Part shown: positions 21,256-31,647 of the stretch, in pieces
How positions within the stretch are numbered: the stretch's first letter is position 1
How the letters are laid out: every line of letters begins with the position of its first letter
Made by a program: the position numbers and the translations under genes
Source of the DNA: Candidatus Eiseniibacteriota bacterium
Lineage (GTDB): Bacteria > Eisenbacteria > RBG-16-71-46 > JABDJR01
Direction: 5' to 3'
NCBI GenBank assembly: GCA_963762255.1
Contig: CAVXKA010000001.1
Span: 736,001-800,000 of the forward strand
DNA: 64,000 bases
The notes under the pieces: model-generated
The model's input: the letters and a program-made list of their open reading frames with translations, nothing else
The model's database searches: none
What the model was told of the DNA's origin: nothing

Positions 21256-22893
21256 ATGGATCGCCGATTCTTCATGGCCATAGTTCTCTCCGCCCTCGTG
21301 CTGATCACGTTCCAGATGTTCCTGGCTCCCAAGCAGCCGACGGAACCGGTTCCGACGCCCCCGGTGTCTCGGGCCGAGCCGGGTGACGACACGCCCCCCG
21401 AGGTACGAGCGGCTGAAACCGCCGCTGGTGTGGTGGGTGGCTCCGTGCAGCAGCCGGGGCCCGCCTTCAGTCGGGCCGCGACTGAAACGACGGTGAGTTT
21501 CCGAACGGATGACTACGCGGTGACCCTCACGAACCGCGGGGCCCGAATCCAGAGTTGGCGGCTGCTGAAGTACGCGGGCAAGACCGGCGAGCCGGTGGAG
21601 CTGGTCGGCGGGGACCCGGAGCTCGATCTTGAGCTGGAGACGGAGGCCGGCCCCATCGACTTGGGGCAAGCCCTGTACGACACAAGGGAGGAGACCCTCT
21701 CCGACGGCGGTCGCCGCATCGTGTTCAGCGCCGGGTTGGAGGAAGGCGTCCGGATCACGAAGACCTACTCATTGCCCGCCGAGGGCTATCTTGTCGATCT
21801 CAGCGTGGACATCTCCGGCGCCGCGGACGCGGTCGGTTATCGGCTGATCTGGAGAGACGCCGTTCCCCCCGCCGAGAAGAGCCCCAAGCTCGACGAGCAG
21901 GCCTCGGGGACGATTGCCCTTCTCGGCAATCAACGGGAGACGGTGCGCCCCGGCTCCTTCAAGCGATCGCCGGAGAAGGTGCTCGAAGGAAACGTCCGTT
22001 GGGTGGGGGTCCGGAACAAGTACTTCATGGCGGTGGTGGTCCCCCCCGACGGCGCCACCAGCCGCGTGGTGGCCACCGGGGACGCCGTTACCCGCGCCTC
22101 GGGCGCCGAAATCGTGATGCCGCTCCTGCGCGGCACGGGCAGCGATCAGTTCAAGGTATACCTGGGCCCCATCGACTACGACGGCCTCAAGTCCGTCGGC
22201 CACGAACTCGAGCGCGCGGTCGATCTTGGGTGGAACATCTTCCGCCCGATCTCGAAGGCGCTGCTTTGGCTCATGGTCTGGCTACACGGCATCCTCCCCA
22301 ACTACGGGGTAGTGATCATCATCGTGTCCGCCCTGACCAAGGTGATCTTCTACCCGCTCACCCGCACCAGCATGCGCAGCATGAAGGCGATGCAGCACCT
22401 GCAACCGCAGATCAAGGCGATGCAGGAGAAGTACAAGGGGGATCCGCAGCGCTCGCAGGCCGAGATGATGAAGCTCTACAAGGAGAACAAGGTCAACCCG
22501 ATGGGCGGCTGCCTGCCGATCGTGGTGCAGATGCCGGTGTTCTTCGCCCTCTACTCGGTCCTCGCGAACAGCATCGCGATGCGCGGGGCCGGTTTCATGC
22601 TCTGGATCAACGATCTGTCCGTTCCCGACACCGTGGCGACCATCAGCGGCTTTTCCATCCACGTCCTGCCGTTTCTCCTCTTCGTCACCACCATCCTCCA
22701 GCAGAAGTTGACGCCGATGTCTGCCGATCCGCGGCAGAAGATGATGGGATACATGATGCCGGCGGTGATGCTCTTCATCTTCTACTCGTTCCCCGCGGGC
22801 CTGAACCTGTACTGGACCGTGAACAACATTCTGACCGTGGCGCAGCAATGGTGGGTCCACCGCGAGGGGAGCGAGGCGCCGTCGCGCGCGTGA
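21256..22893 (+). CDS. yidC: Membrane protein insertase YidC
   Basis: NPMGGCLP, QMPVFFALY, WINDLS, GLNLYW. Confidence 0.95.
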   Translation: MDRRFFMAIVLSALVLITFQMFLAPKQPTEPVPTPPVSRAEPGDDTPPEVRAAETAAGVVGGSVQQPGPAFSRAATETTVSFRTDDYAVTLTNRGARIQSWRLLKYAGKTGEPVELVGGDPELDLELETEAGPIDLGQALYDTREETLSDGGRRIVFSAGLEEGVRITKTYSLPAEGYLVDLSVDISGAADAVGYRLIWRDAVPPAEKSPKLDEQASGTIALLGNQRETVRPGSFKRSPEKVLEGNVRWVGVRNKYFMAVVVPPDGATSRVVATGDAVTRASGAEIVMPLLRGTGSDQFKVYLGPIDYDGLKSVGHELERAVDLGWNIFRPISKALLWLMVWLHGILPNYGVVIIIVSALTKVIFYPLTRTSMRSMKAMQHLQPQIKAMQEKYKGDPQRSQAEMMKLYKENKVNPMGGCLPIVVQMPVFFALYSVLANSIAMRGAGFMLWINDLSVPDTVATISGFSIHVLPFLLFVTTILQQKLTPMSADPRQKMMGYMMPAVMLFIFYSFPAGLNLYWTVNNILTVAQQWWVHREGSEAPSRA

Positions 22894-22898
22894 CGCCC

Positions 22899-23597
22899 AT
22901 GAACAGCATGTCGCCGGTGGCGGCACAGACCGCGGATGCGCTGGAATTCGTCGGGGACACCATCGAGGACGCCCTGGCCTCGGCGCTGCGCGCTCTGGGG
23001 CTCACCGCCGAAGAGGCCGAGGTGGACGTGCTCGACCGCGGAACGCGCGGGTTCCTTGGCTTCGGTGGCCGCCCCGCCAGGGTGCGAGTGGCTTCGCGGG
23101 CGCGGCTTGAGCCGACGGTTCAGAAGATGGCCGAGGAGTTGTTGCGGCTGATGCGTATCCCCGCCGAGATCGCGGTCACCCGCACCGGCGGCGGCGTGAC
23201 GGTGGAAATTCGCGGCGGAGAAGCGGACGGGCTGCTCATCGGTCGCAAGGGAGAGACGCTCGCCGCGCTCCAGCACCTCCTGGTGCGCATGGCGGCGCGG
23301 CGCGTGAACGGGGACGCCGGGGTGATTCAGGTGGACGTAGCCGGCTACCGCGGCCGCCGCGAAGACCATCTGCGCGAACTGGCCCGCGAACTCGCGGACC
23401 GCGTTCGTCGTACCGGCCACCGCACCATGACCGAGCCCCTCTCGCCGGCGGAACGACGGGTCGTTCATCAGGCCCTCGTCGATGAGGGCGGCGTGGAAAG
23501 CCACGCCGCGGGTGCGGGACTGCACAAACGGGTGGTTCTCCTGCCCGCGCGACACGGCGGACAGAGCGAGACCGCACCTGACAACGGCCGCGCGTGA
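22899..23597 (+). CDS. jag: Jag/EloR (KhpB) RNA-binding protein
   Basis: Jag_N GFLGFG, KH LIGRKGETL, R3H ERRVVH. Confidence 0.9.
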   Translation: MNSMSPVAAQTADALEFVGDTIEDALASALRALGLTAEEAEVDVLDRGTRGFLGFGGRPARVRVASRARLEPTVQKMAEELLRLMRIPAEIAVTRTGGGVTVEIRGGEADGLLIGRKGETLAALQHLLVRMAARRVNGDAGVIQVDVAGYRGRREDHLRELARELADRVRRTGHRTMTEPLSPAERRVVHQALVDEGGVESHAAGAGLHKRVVLLPARHGGQSETAPDNGRA

Positions 23598-24976
23598 GCG
23601 CCGGCACGTCTGCCGACACCATCGTTGCCCTGGCCACGCCTCCCGGCGGTGGAGCGCTTGCCGTCGTCCGCGTGAGCGGCCCCGGCTCCATTGCTGCGGC
23701 GGGGCGCGTCTTTCGCGGACATCGCAGCCTTGAGGATGTCGCCGGATTCGAGGGCGCGCACGGGTGGATCGAGGGGCGCGAGGGTCCGGTGGACGAAGTC
23801 GTGGCGTGGGTGTACCACGCGCCGCGTTCCTATACCGGCGAGAACATGGTGGAGATCTCGTGCCACGGCGGGACGGTTTCGGCCGGTCGGGTGATCGAAT
23901 CGCTCTGGGCCCAGGGGGCGCGACCCGCGGAGCCGGGAGAGTTCACCCGGCGCGCGTTCTTGAACGGCAGGATGGATCTGGCGCAGGCGGAGGCCGTGGC
24001 GGATCTGATCGCCGCCCGCGGGCGGCGCGCGCACGATCAGGCGCTGGCGAATCTGCGCGGAGGCCTGTCGCGGCGCGTGCGGGAGTTAGCCGCGGATATC
24101 CGCGGAACGCTGGCCCGCATCGAAGCGCATCTCGATTTCGGCGACGATGTGCCCGAAGCGCCCGATGCAGAGGAGCTGGCCCGCGATCTCGATCGCACAC
24201 AACGCGAGCTGAACCGCCTGGCCGACAGCTATGCCAGATCCCGCGGGGCTCGCGATGGACTGGTCGTGGCCATCACCGGGCGCCCCAATGTAGGGAAGTC
24301 GTCGCTGTTGAACGCGCTTGCCGGGTTCGATCGCGCCATCGTGCACGAGGCGCCGGGGACGACGCGAGATGTCGTCGATGCCGTGGTCGAATGGGCCGGG
24401 GTGCCGGTGCGGATCGTCGACACCGCGGGGCATCGGGGGGACGCCGGCGAAGTCGAGCGTGCAGGGATGGAGCGAAGTCGGCTGGAGGCGTCTCGCGCCG
24501 ATCTGGTGCTCTGGGTGGTGGAGGCGACAGAACCCCCGGGTGCCGAGGACCATGCCGCGGTTGCGGAGCTCGACGGCGCGCGCGTTCACCTGGTCATGAA
24601 CAAGACCGATCTTGGGCCTCCCCACTCCGACTGGTCGGCGGCGGGAAACGTGAGGGCGCGCCACGTGACTTCCGCGCGCACCGGGGAGGGCATCGGAGAT
24701 CTTGCCCTCGCGCTCGAGGCGGAACTGAGAGGAGACATCGTCACCGCCCCCGAAGAGGAACCGGCCTGGGTGGCCAACGAGCGCCACGCGCACGAGCTGG
24801 CTCGCGCGGCGCGAGCCCTCGATCGCGCCCGACAAATCCTGGAGCGCGGTGAACCCGTGGAGCTCGCCGCCGCGGATCTTCATCGAAGCCTGGAGAGCTT
24901 GGCCTCCATCACCGGCGAGCGCGCCGGCGAGGATCTGCTGAACGAGATCTTCCGGCGCTTCTGCATCGGCAAATGA
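23594..24976 (+). CDS. mnmE: tRNA modification GTPase MnmE
   Basis: [34 protein letters not shown]. Confidence 0.96.
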   Translation: MSAGTSADTIVALATPPGGGALAVVRVSGPGSIAAAGRVFRGHRSLEDVAGFEGAHGWIEGREGPVDEVVAWVYHAPRSYTGENMVEISCHGGTVSAGRVIESLWAQGARPAEPGEFTRRAFLNGRMDLAQAEAVADLIAARGRRAHDQALANLRGGLSRRVRELAADIRGTLARIEAHLDFGDDVPEAPDAEELARDLDRTQRELNRLADSYARSRGARDGLVVAITGRPNVGKSSLLNALAGFDRAIVHEAPGTTRDVVDAVVEWAGVPVRIVDTAGHRGDAGEVERAGMERSRLEASRADLVLWVVEATEPPGAEDHAAVAELDGARVHLVMNKTDLGPPHSDWSAAGNVRARHVTSARTGEGIGDLALALEAELRGDIVTAPEEEPAWVANERHAHELARAARALDRARQILERGEPVELAAADLHRSLESLASITGERAGEDLLNEIFRRFCIGK

Positions 24977-26877
24977 CCGGCGACATCTACGACATCGTCG
25001 TCATCGGCGCCGGACACGCGGGTTGCGAGGCGGCCTCGGCATCCGCGCGTCTCGGCATGCGGACCCTCCTGCTCACGCTGAACCTGGACCACGTCGCCCA
25101 GATGTCCTGCAACCCGGCGATCGGCGGGGTGGGCAAGGGACAGATGGTGCGGGAGATCGACGCCCTGGGCGGACTCATGGCGCGCACCATTGACGCCACC
25201 GGTATTCAATTCCGCATGTTGAACCGCAGCAAGGGCCCGGCAGTCCATTCTCCCCGGGCGCAGGCCGACAAGCGACGTTATCAGCACGCGATGCGCCGCG
25301 CGGTGGAGAGCACGCCGGGGCTCGATCTTCGGCAGGGGCAGGTTGTCGAGATCGTTCTCGACGGCGAGCGCATCGCCGGCGTTGTTCTGCAGAGCGGCCG
25401 GCACGTCGCCTGCCGAGCCCTCGTCATCACCCCCGGCACGTTTCTCAACGGGCTCATCCACCTGGGCGAGTCGCACTATCCGGGCGGCCGCAGCGGCGAG
25501 ATCTCGGCGCCCCTGCTATCGGAATCCCTGCGCGCGCGCGGGTTCCGGCTGGGGCGCATGAAGACCGGCACGCCCCCGCGACTACACCGGCGCAGCATCG
25601 ACTTCGAGCGGCTCGCCGTCCAGCGCGGGGACGAACCACCGGAACCGTTTTCGCATTTCACTTCCGCGCTCGACGTGGACCAGGTGACCTGCTGGGTGAC
25701 GCGCACCACCGAGGCCACCCACGCCGTGATCCGCGAGAACATGCACCTGTCGCCGCTCTATTCCGGCCGCATCCGCGGTGTGGGCCCTCGGTATTGCCCG
25801 TCCATCGAAGACAAGGTCGTCAAGTTCCCCGATCGAGACGGCCATCACCTGTGGATCGAACCGGAGGGGCGCGACACCGACGAGATGTATGTGAACGGTC
25901 TCTCCACCAGCCTCCCCGAGGATGTGCAGATGCGCATTCTCGCCACGGTGCCCGGGCTCGAGGAAGCTGAGATGCTGCGGCCGGGCTACGCGGTGGAATA
26001 CGACTTCGTATTTCCGGACCAGCTCCACGCAAGCCTGGAGACGAAACTCGTGCGGAACCTGTTCCTCGCCGGACAGATCAACGGCACCACCGGATACGAA
26101 GAGGCAGCGGGACAGGGGCTACTAGCCGGCATCAACGCCGCCCGGTCGCTGCGCGGCGAGCCTGCGGTGGTCCTGCGGCGCTGGGAAGCTTACGTCGGGG
26201 TCATGATCGACGATCTGGTGACCCTGGGGACCGAAGAGCCCTATCGGGTATTCACGTCCCAATCCGAATACCGCCTATTGCTTCGAAACGACAATGCGGA
26301 TGAGCGACTCATGCCTCTGGGCGCGGAGCTGGGGCTGGTCGCGGCGGCGGAGCGCGCAGTGTGGCTGGACAGGCGCGAACGCATCCGCGTCGAGCGGCGA
26401 AGACTTCGTGACACCACGGTCTCCGTCCATCGAATCCGTGCTGCGCTGCCCGCTCTCGATCTTCCCGAATTCGGGGGCGCGAGCCTCGAGGAATTGCTCC
26501 GCCGCCCGGGTGTGGCCTATCGCGACCTGGTCGCGTTCTCGGACGGCGGGCTCCTACCGGAAGATCTTGGCCGGCGCGTGGAGATCGAAGTGAAGTACGC
26601 CGGTTACATCCGCCGCGAGGAAGAGAGCCTTCAGAGGCAGCAGACCATGGAGGATCGCGCCATCCCGAGCGCGTTCTGGGCGGGGCCTCTCCGCGGAGTG
26701 TCCAACGAAGGCCGTGAGGCGCTTCTACGCGTGCGGCCGGAAAACGTGGGGCAAGCCGCTCGAGTGCGCGGCGTGTCGCCGGCGGATCTCGGCGTGCTCT
26801 TGATCCGGCTCGAGGAGTTTCAGAAGATGGGCGCCGACGGCCACGGTCCGCCGCGCGAAGGAGGAGGCGATCGGTGA
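24973..26877 (+). CDS. mnmG: tRNA uridine 5-carboxymethylaminomethyl modification enzyme MnmG
   Basis: [41 protein letters not shown]. Confidence 0.97.
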   Translation: MTGDIYDIVVIGAGHAGCEAASASARLGMRTLLLTLNLDHVAQMSCNPAIGGVGKGQMVREIDALGGLMARTIDATGIQFRMLNRSKGPAVHSPRAQADKRRYQHAMRRAVESTPGLDLRQGQVVEIVLDGERIAGVVLQSGRHVACRALVITPGTFLNGLIHLGESHYPGGRSGEISAPLLSESLRARGFRLGRMKTGTPPRLHRRSIDFERLAVQRGDEPPEPFSHFTSALDVDQVTCWVTRTTEATHAVIRENMHLSPLYSGRIRGVGPRYCPSIEDKVVKFPDRDGHHLWIEPEGRDTDEMYVNGLSTSLPEDVQMRILATVPGLEEAEMLRPGYAVEYDFVFPDQLHASLETKLVRNLFLAGQINGTTGYEEAAGQGLLAGINAARSLRGEPAVVLRRWEAYVGVMIDDLVTLGTEEPYRVFTSQSEYRLLLRNDNADERLMPLGAELGLVAAAERAVWLDRRERIRVERRRLRDTTVSVHRIRAALPALDLPEFGGASLEELLRRPGVAYRDLVAFSDGGLLPEDLGRRVEIEVKYAGYIRREEESLQRQQTMEDRAIPSAFWAGPLRGVSNEGREALLRVRPENVGQAARVRGVSPADLGVLLIRLEEFQKMGADGHGPPREGGGDR

Positions 26878-27506
26878 ACGATAAAGAACAATTTCTAGCA
26901 TGGATTGATGATAATATAGTCGATATATCAGAGTCGGCCCGCGAGCGACTTCTGCAGTTCGCGGACATGGTTATCGAGGGGAGCGAGCGAATGGGGCTGG
27001 TCGCGCGCGGCGACCTCCCGCGACTGTACATGCGACACCTACGGGAGGCGGTCGCCCCGGCCCTCTTGGCCGCGATCCCAGCCGGGGCAAAGGTGCTGGA
27101 TGTGGGTAGTGGAGGTGGTTTTCCGGGGGTGCCATTGGCTATCTTGCGCAATGATATAGAGATAACGCTTCTGGAGCCGCGCCATCGGCGGGCGGCCTTC
27201 CTCGAACGCGCGGTCCTGGTCTTGGGGCTTGGAGAAGTGAAGGTCCACACGGCGTCCATGGATGCCTTCTCGCTGCAACCGGGAGGTCCGCGATTCGATT
27301 GGGTCGTCTCGCGAGGTGTTGCGTGGACGGCGCCGATGATCCGGTGCCTCGGGAGCGTCACGCTGGACGATGCCGTGCTGATTCGCTTTGGCTCTCCAGG
27401 GTTCGAACATCCGGGGGTACAGGTGATTCCGATAGATGGCGAAGCACCTCGATCGATCCAGATTTGGCCGCGCCCCACGTGGGAGGGGCTCCCGCAGGCG
27501 CGATGA
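26874..27506 (+). CDS. rsmG: 16S rRNA m7G527 methyltransferase RsmG
   Basis: [23 protein letters not shown]; follows mnmG. Confidence 0.88.
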   Translation: MNDKEQFLAWIDDNIVDISESARERLLQFADMVIEGSERMGLVARGDLPRLYMRHLREAVAPALLAAIPAGAKVLDVGSGGGFPGVPLAILRNDIEITLLEPRHRRAAFLERAVLVLGLGEVKVHTASMDAFSLQPGGPRFDWVVSRGVAWTAPMIRCLGSVTLDDAVLIRFGSPGFEHPGVQVIPIDGEAPRSIQIWPRPTWEGLPQAR

Positions 27507-27555
27507 GCCAGGAGGGTGCACTGCTGGCGGGCGGTCCGCCCCCAGTGGATGCGAA

Positions 27556-27571
27556 TGTTTCACGTGAAACA
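27556..27571. promoter_or_regulatory. parS site
   Basis: Perfect TGTTTCACGTGAAACA. Confidence 0.95.
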
Positions 27572-27761
27572 GCGGTTCCCCGCGGCCTCCCGACAGGCGC
27601 ATCGTTTGTACAGTTGTATTGAGTTGTTTTGTTGGTTGCGCCCCGGCTCCCCATGAGGTTTTCGGGGGTTGCCACCTTGGGAATCTGCAAGAGGGCCGGC
27701 CGGGCTCCAGCCCGCTCCAGGGAGCCGGGGCGCGCGCTGGCGCCCCCTCCGGTCAGCCCTA

Positions 27762-27777
27762 CGTTTCACGTGAAACA
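27762..27777. promoter_or_regulatory. parS site
   Basis: CGTTTCACGTGAAACA. Confidence 0.92.
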
Positions 27778-27852
27778 GGGGCGGCCCAGAGAGCGCCACG
27801 TCGTGATCCTTGAACCGACCCGCGGTCGCTTCACGCGAACGATGGGCACAGT

Positions 27853-27868
27853 AGTTTCACGTGAAACA
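27853..27868. promoter_or_regulatory. parS site
   Basis: AGTTTCACGTGAAACA. Confidence 0.92.
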
Positions 27869-28065
27869 TAGACGCAGCGCCCCTCCCGCAAGACCAGGGG
27901 CCCGCTGCGGAATGAAACCGGCGCGAGCGGTTTCAGGGGGCGCTTCCGGATTGACACGGCGGCTGTCTCGGGCGCAGTATTGCGCCCTGGCCGGCGGGTC
28001 ATCGTATGTGTCGGCTCTGTTAACTGAATACAAAATACGAGGTTGATGGCTGGTGACCCCGCTGG

Positions 28066-28200
28066 GGTCCAGTTCCGGAGTCCAGTTCCGGAGTCCAGTT
28101 CCGGGGCCCGGCTCCTGGGTCCAGCTCCTGGGTCCGGCTCTCGGTCCGGCTCCCGGGTCCAGCTCCTGGGCCCGGTTCCTGGGCCCGGCTCCGGGGTCCC
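28066..28200. repeat. 13-bp tandem repeat array (10 units plus a partial) in the parA leader
   Basis: Units: GGTCCAGTTCCGG, AGTCCAGTTCCGG x2, GGCCCGGCTCCTG, GGTCCAGCTCCTG, GGTCCGGCTCTC (12 bp), GGTCCGGCTCCCG, GGTCCAGCTCCTG, GGCCCGGTTCCTG, GGCCCGGCTCCGG. Confidence 0.9.
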
Positions 28201-28249
28201 CCGCGATGTTGCCCGCCGGGTCCTCACCCGTTCGGAAAGGAAGCCGGTC

Positions 28250-29044
28250 GTGCATCGGTTCATTGCAATCGCCAACCAGAAAGGCGGCGTCGGCAAGACC
28301 ACTACCGCAGTGAATCTCGCCGCCGCGCTCGCCACCCTTGGCCGGCGGGTCCTCCTGATGGACATGGACCCGCAGGGAAACGCGGGAAGCGGGTTCGGAA
28401 TCTCGGCCAATCAGGTCGAGAAGGGGATCTATGAAGTCCTGACTGACAGTTGCCCGCTGATCGAAGCCATCTCGCCCACGGTGATGCCGGGCGTGGATCT
28501 GGTTCCATCTGGGCAACGTCTTATTGGGGCTGAAGTTGAGCTGGTTTCCACTCCCAATCGGGAGCACGTGCTCGCCGCGCATCTTCAGGGTGTTCGAGAA
28601 CGGTACGACTTCATCCTGGCGGATTGCCCGCCATCCCTCGGTCTTCTCACCGTGAACACCCTCACCGCTGCCGACGCCGTTCTGGTCCCGATCCAGTGCG
28701 AGTACTACGCCCTCGAGGGGCTGACTCAACTTCTGAACGCCATCCGCCTCATCCAGCAGTCGCTCAATCCCGGGCTCGAGATCGAGGGGATTCTCCTCAC
28801 GATGTACGACTCGCGTCTGAACCTCTCCCAGGAAGTGGCCCAAGAAGCCAGAAAGTTCTTCAGTGGAAGGGTTTACGAGAGCGTGATTCCCCGCAATGTC
28901 CGGCTGAGCGAGGCGCCCTCCTTTGGGATGCCCGTCATCCAATACGATCGCGCCTGCGCCGGCGCGCAAAGCTACATCAACCTGGCCCACGAGATCTTGG
29001 CCCACGAGGCCGAGCGCGAAAGAGAGACGGTGACCCATGAATAG
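28250..29044 (+). CDS. parA: Chromosome partitioning ATPase ParA/Soj
   Basis: IANQKGGVGKTTT, DMDPQGNA, DCPPSLG, PRNVRLSEAPSFG. GTG start follows GAAAGGAAG. Confidence 0.96.
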   Translation: MHRFIAIANQKGGVGKTTTAVNLAAALATLGRRVLLMDMDPQGNAGSGFGISANQVEKGIYEVLTDSCPLIEAISPTVMPGVDLVPSGQRLIGAEVELVSTPNREHVLAAHLQGVRERYDFILADCPPSLGLLTVNTLTAADAVLVPIQCEYYALEGLTQLLNAIRLIQQSLNPGLEIEGILLTMYDSRLNLSQEVAQEARKFFSGRVYESVIPRNVRLSEAPSFGMPVIQYDRACAGAQSYINLAHEILAHEAERERETVTHE

Positions 29045-29924
29045 GAAAGCTCTTGGCCGCGGACTGGAGGCGCTCATCCCGGCGGCCCCGACCTCGGCGC
29101 CGACTCCGGCCACCCCGTCGCCTGAAAGCGAAGCTTCCGGCAGTCGCGCGGTGCCGGTGGAGCGCATACGACCGAATCCCTATCAACCCCGAACCCAGTT
29201 CGATGCGGAGGCCTTGAGAGAGCTGGCGGATTCGATCCGCGAGAACGGGCTCCTGCAGCCACTTCTGGTGCGAGACGCCGGCCACGGGGAATTCGAGCTC
29301 ATCGCTGGCGAGCGAAGGTTCATCGCCGCGAAACAGGCGGGCCTGCGCGAGGTTCCGGTGGTTGTGCGCACCGCGTCGAAACGGGAGATGCTGCAGATGG
29401 CGCTCGTGGAGAACCTCCAGCGCCAAGACCTGAACGGGATCGAAGAGGCAGAAGCCTACCAGCGCCTCGCCACGGAGTTCGGGCTGACCCAGGAAGTGAT
29501 TGCCGATCGCGTGGGCAAGAGCCGTGTCGCCGTGACCAACGCGCTCCGCCTCCTTTCGTTGGAGGAGGAGTACCGCGACATGGTTTCACGTGGAACGCTC
29601 ACCGCGGGGCACGCACGCGCACTGCTCTCGGTCGCTGAGGGCTCGGCGCGCCGCCGCCTGGCGAACGACATCGTGAAGCAGGGGCTCTCTGTGCGGCAGG
29701 CCGAGGTGCGTGCGCAAGGTCAGCGGCCAAAATCGGCGCGCCCCGCAGCGCGTCGCCGATCCCATCCCGCGCTCGGAGAGTGGGAAGATCGGTTGCGTGC
29801 CCGCTTCGGCACGCAGGTGCGCATCGCCGGGGGCATCGCCCGCGGCCGCGTCGAGATCCACTACTTCAGCGAAGAGGATCTGGAGCGGATCCTCGAATTG
29901 AGTGGGGTTGGGTCTGGACTCTAG
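29037..29924 (+). CDS. parB: Chromosome partitioning protein ParB/Spo0J
   Basis: ALGRGLEALI, NPYQPR, IAGERR, ENLQRQDL, GKSRVAVTNALRLL. Confidence 0.96.
   Translation: MNRKALGRGLEALIPAAPTSAPTPATPSPESEASGSRAVPVERIRPNPYQPRTQFDAEALRELADSIRENGLLQPLLVRDAGHGEFELIAGERRFIAAKQAGLREVPVVVRTASKREMLQMALVENLQRQDLNGIEEAEAYQRLATEFGLTQEVIADRVGKSRVAVTNALRLLSLEEEYRDMVSRGTLTAGHARALLSVAEGSARRRLANDIVKQGLSVRQAEVRAQGQRPKSARPAARRRSHPALGEWEDRLRARFGTQVRIAGGIARGRVEIHYFSEEDLERILELSGVGSGL
29582..29597. promoter_or_regulatory. parS-like site inside parB
   Basis: GGTTTCACGTGGAACG (reverse complement CGTTCCACGTGAAACC). Confidence 0.7.
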
Positions 29925-29933
29925 GACACTCCG

Positions 29934-30713
29934 GTGACTCAGGAAGCGGAGCACGCATACCACATCTCCATCGTCATCCCCCGCTCGCGGGGGCGGAAGC
30001 CCGTGGTGCTGAGCGTGGCTCGGGCCTGGGCCTGGGTCGCCACCCTCCTGTTCATGGGGCTTCTTGGCGCGGCGGTGGTTGCCGTGGTCACCTACGCACA
30101 GGCGATGCGGCGACTTCACGAGTACTCCGCGCTGGCGGTCGAAGTAGAGACGCTCCGGCGTCAGAATCAAGCCGTGAAGGAGCTGGAGTCCGAGTTGAAA
30201 GATCTGCGTGCGCTGCAGCAGCAGATGCTCCACTTGGCAGGCATTCGCCCCGCGCTAGGGACCGACGGAGGCCTAACTTCCGAGCTCCCGGGGTCGGGTC
30301 GCGCCTTCGATGGCGACGCACCGAAACTCGTCTTCTGGCCGGTGGAGGGAGAGATCGTTCGGGTTTACGATCGTACTCATGCCGCAGTCGATATTGCGGC
30401 ACCGCGCAAGCGCTCCGTCATGGCCGCGGGCTCCGGTGTCGTGACGGAAGCGAACCGAGACAAGCGGCTCGGATTGCGCCTCGTAATCGCCCATGGCGAT
30501 TCTCTGATGACGGTCTATGCAAGCAACGAGGTGAACCTCGTTGCCCCCGGTGATTCGGTGGAGGCCGGGCAGGTGATTGCCCTGGTCGGGGTCTGTGCAG
30601 AGAGCGCGGTGCCCCATCTCCACTTCGAGGTGAGGAAAGGGAGTTTACCCATGAGGCCCCGGGATGCCATCCCGGACCTCTTCCCCGACGAAGAGACTTC
30701 GGGGAGCCAATAG
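29934..30713 (+). CDS. M23 family peptidase with TM and coiled coil
   Basis: HxxxD (HAAVD) and HxH (PHLHFEV) motifs. Confidence 0.85.
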   Translation: MTQEAEHAYHISIVIPRSRGRKPVVLSVARAWAWVATLLFMGLLGAAVVAVVTYAQAMRRLHEYSALAVEVETLRRQNQAVKELESELKDLRALQQQMLHLAGIRPALGTDGGLTSELPGSGRAFDGDAPKLVFWPVEGEIVRVYDRTHAAVDIAAPRKRSVMAAGSGVVTEANRDKRLGLRLVIAHGDSLMTVYASNEVNLVAPGDSVEAGQVIALVGVCAESAVPHLHFEVRKGSLPMRPRDAIPDLFPDEETSGSQ

Positions 30714-30721
30714 GAGGAGCC

Positions 30722-31183
30722 ATGGCAATGTTCGGATCCAAAGAGAAGGAACAGGTGGTTGCGGCTCCGAGCAGCGGCACCAAGGACAAGCGAGTCAACA
30801 GCGTGCTCGGAGAGGGCGCTACCTTCAGCGGGACGATGCGCGTGGACGGCAGCCTCGTCATCCACGGCGAATTCGAGGGAACCCTCACCTGTACCGAGGG
30901 CCTCGTTGTGGGAAAGACGGGCCGACTCAAGGCGGAGATGGACGTCCAGAACGCCACGATCGGCGGCCGTGTCGAGGGCCGCATCTTCGCCAAGGAACGC
31001 GTCGAACTCCAGACGGGGAGCCACTTCCTCGGAGATGTGCACTCCCGCTCATTTGTCATCCAGGACGGCGTCTTCTTCCAGGGCAACTGCACGATGGGGG
31101 AGACCCAAAGGGGCGGTCCGGCGGCCAAGGAGCCGGCGGGGGCACCCCCGCGACAGGAGTTGGGGATTCTCAAGCAGCCATAA
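30722..31183 (+). CDS. Bactofilin (polymer-forming cytoskeletal protein)
   Basis: SVLGEGATFSG..VDGSLVIHGEFEG..IQDGVFFQGNC beta-helix; usual M23-bactofilin pairing. Confidence 0.92.
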   Translation: MAMFGSKEKEQVVAAPSSGTKDKRVNSVLGEGATFSGTMRVDGSLVIHGEFEGTLTCTEGLVVGKTGRLKAEMDVQNATIGGRVEGRIFAKERVELQTGSHFLGDVHSRSFVIQDGVFFQGNCTMGETQRGGPAAKEPAGAPPRQELGILKQP

Positions 31184-31211
31184 ACCGTCAACGAATGTGT
31201 CAGGTCGGGGC

Positions 31212-31270
31212 TGTGGAGAACAGGCCCTGCGGTGTGGAAAACACACAACTCATTGCATTACAAGTTATTG
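31212..31270. promoter_or_regulatory. Two DnaA-box-like sites plus AT-rich IHF-like site
   Basis: TGTGGAGAA at 31212-31220, TGTGGAAAA at 31233-31241, then CAACTCATTGCATTACAAGTTA. Confidence 0.5.
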
Positions 31271-31392
31271 CGAAAACAACACCCGCTGTCGGGGGTGTCT
31301 TTTCAACATGACAGGTGCGGCGAAACCGCTGAACCGCCGCGGGCGTCGGCGCCCCGCGGGCGGAACCCGGGCAGGCCGGCAGGGAGATTCAC

Positions 31393-31617
31393 GTGAGCAT
31401 TTCACCCAGAGCCAAGCAGATCCTCGCGGCTGTCGGCGTGCTTCTGGTGTTCATCATCACCGTGCAGAACATGGGTCAGGTGCGGCTGCGTTTTCTGGTG
31501 TGGAGCGCGACGATCGACCAGCTCTTCCTCATCCCCTTCCTGTTCCTTTGCGGGGTGGGCGTGGGCATGATCCTGCAGTGGGGCCTTCGCCGCAAACCTC
31601 GAACCGCGCGCAGGTAA
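31393..31617 (+). CDS. LapA-like (DUF1049) small membrane protein
   Basis: Two TM helices with a VQN..QVRLRFLVW motif. Confidence 0.75.
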   Translation: MSISPRAKQILAAVGVLLVFIITVQNMGQVRLRFLVWSATIDQLFLIPFLFLCGVGVGMILQWGLRRKPRTARR

Positions 31618-31647
31618 GCCCACCGCGCCGGGGAATCCGCGGCGCAC

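Noticed and set aside
26878-26935. Foreign insertion at the AT-rich 5' end of rsmG
   Set aside because: The frame is continuous and coupled to mnmG; more likely initiation-region bias or an internal promoter.
28066-28200. CRISPR array or coding N-terminal extension of ParA
   Set aside because: No unique spacers and no cas genes; the 13-bp period is non-triplet; a good SD and GTG lie downstream at 28250.
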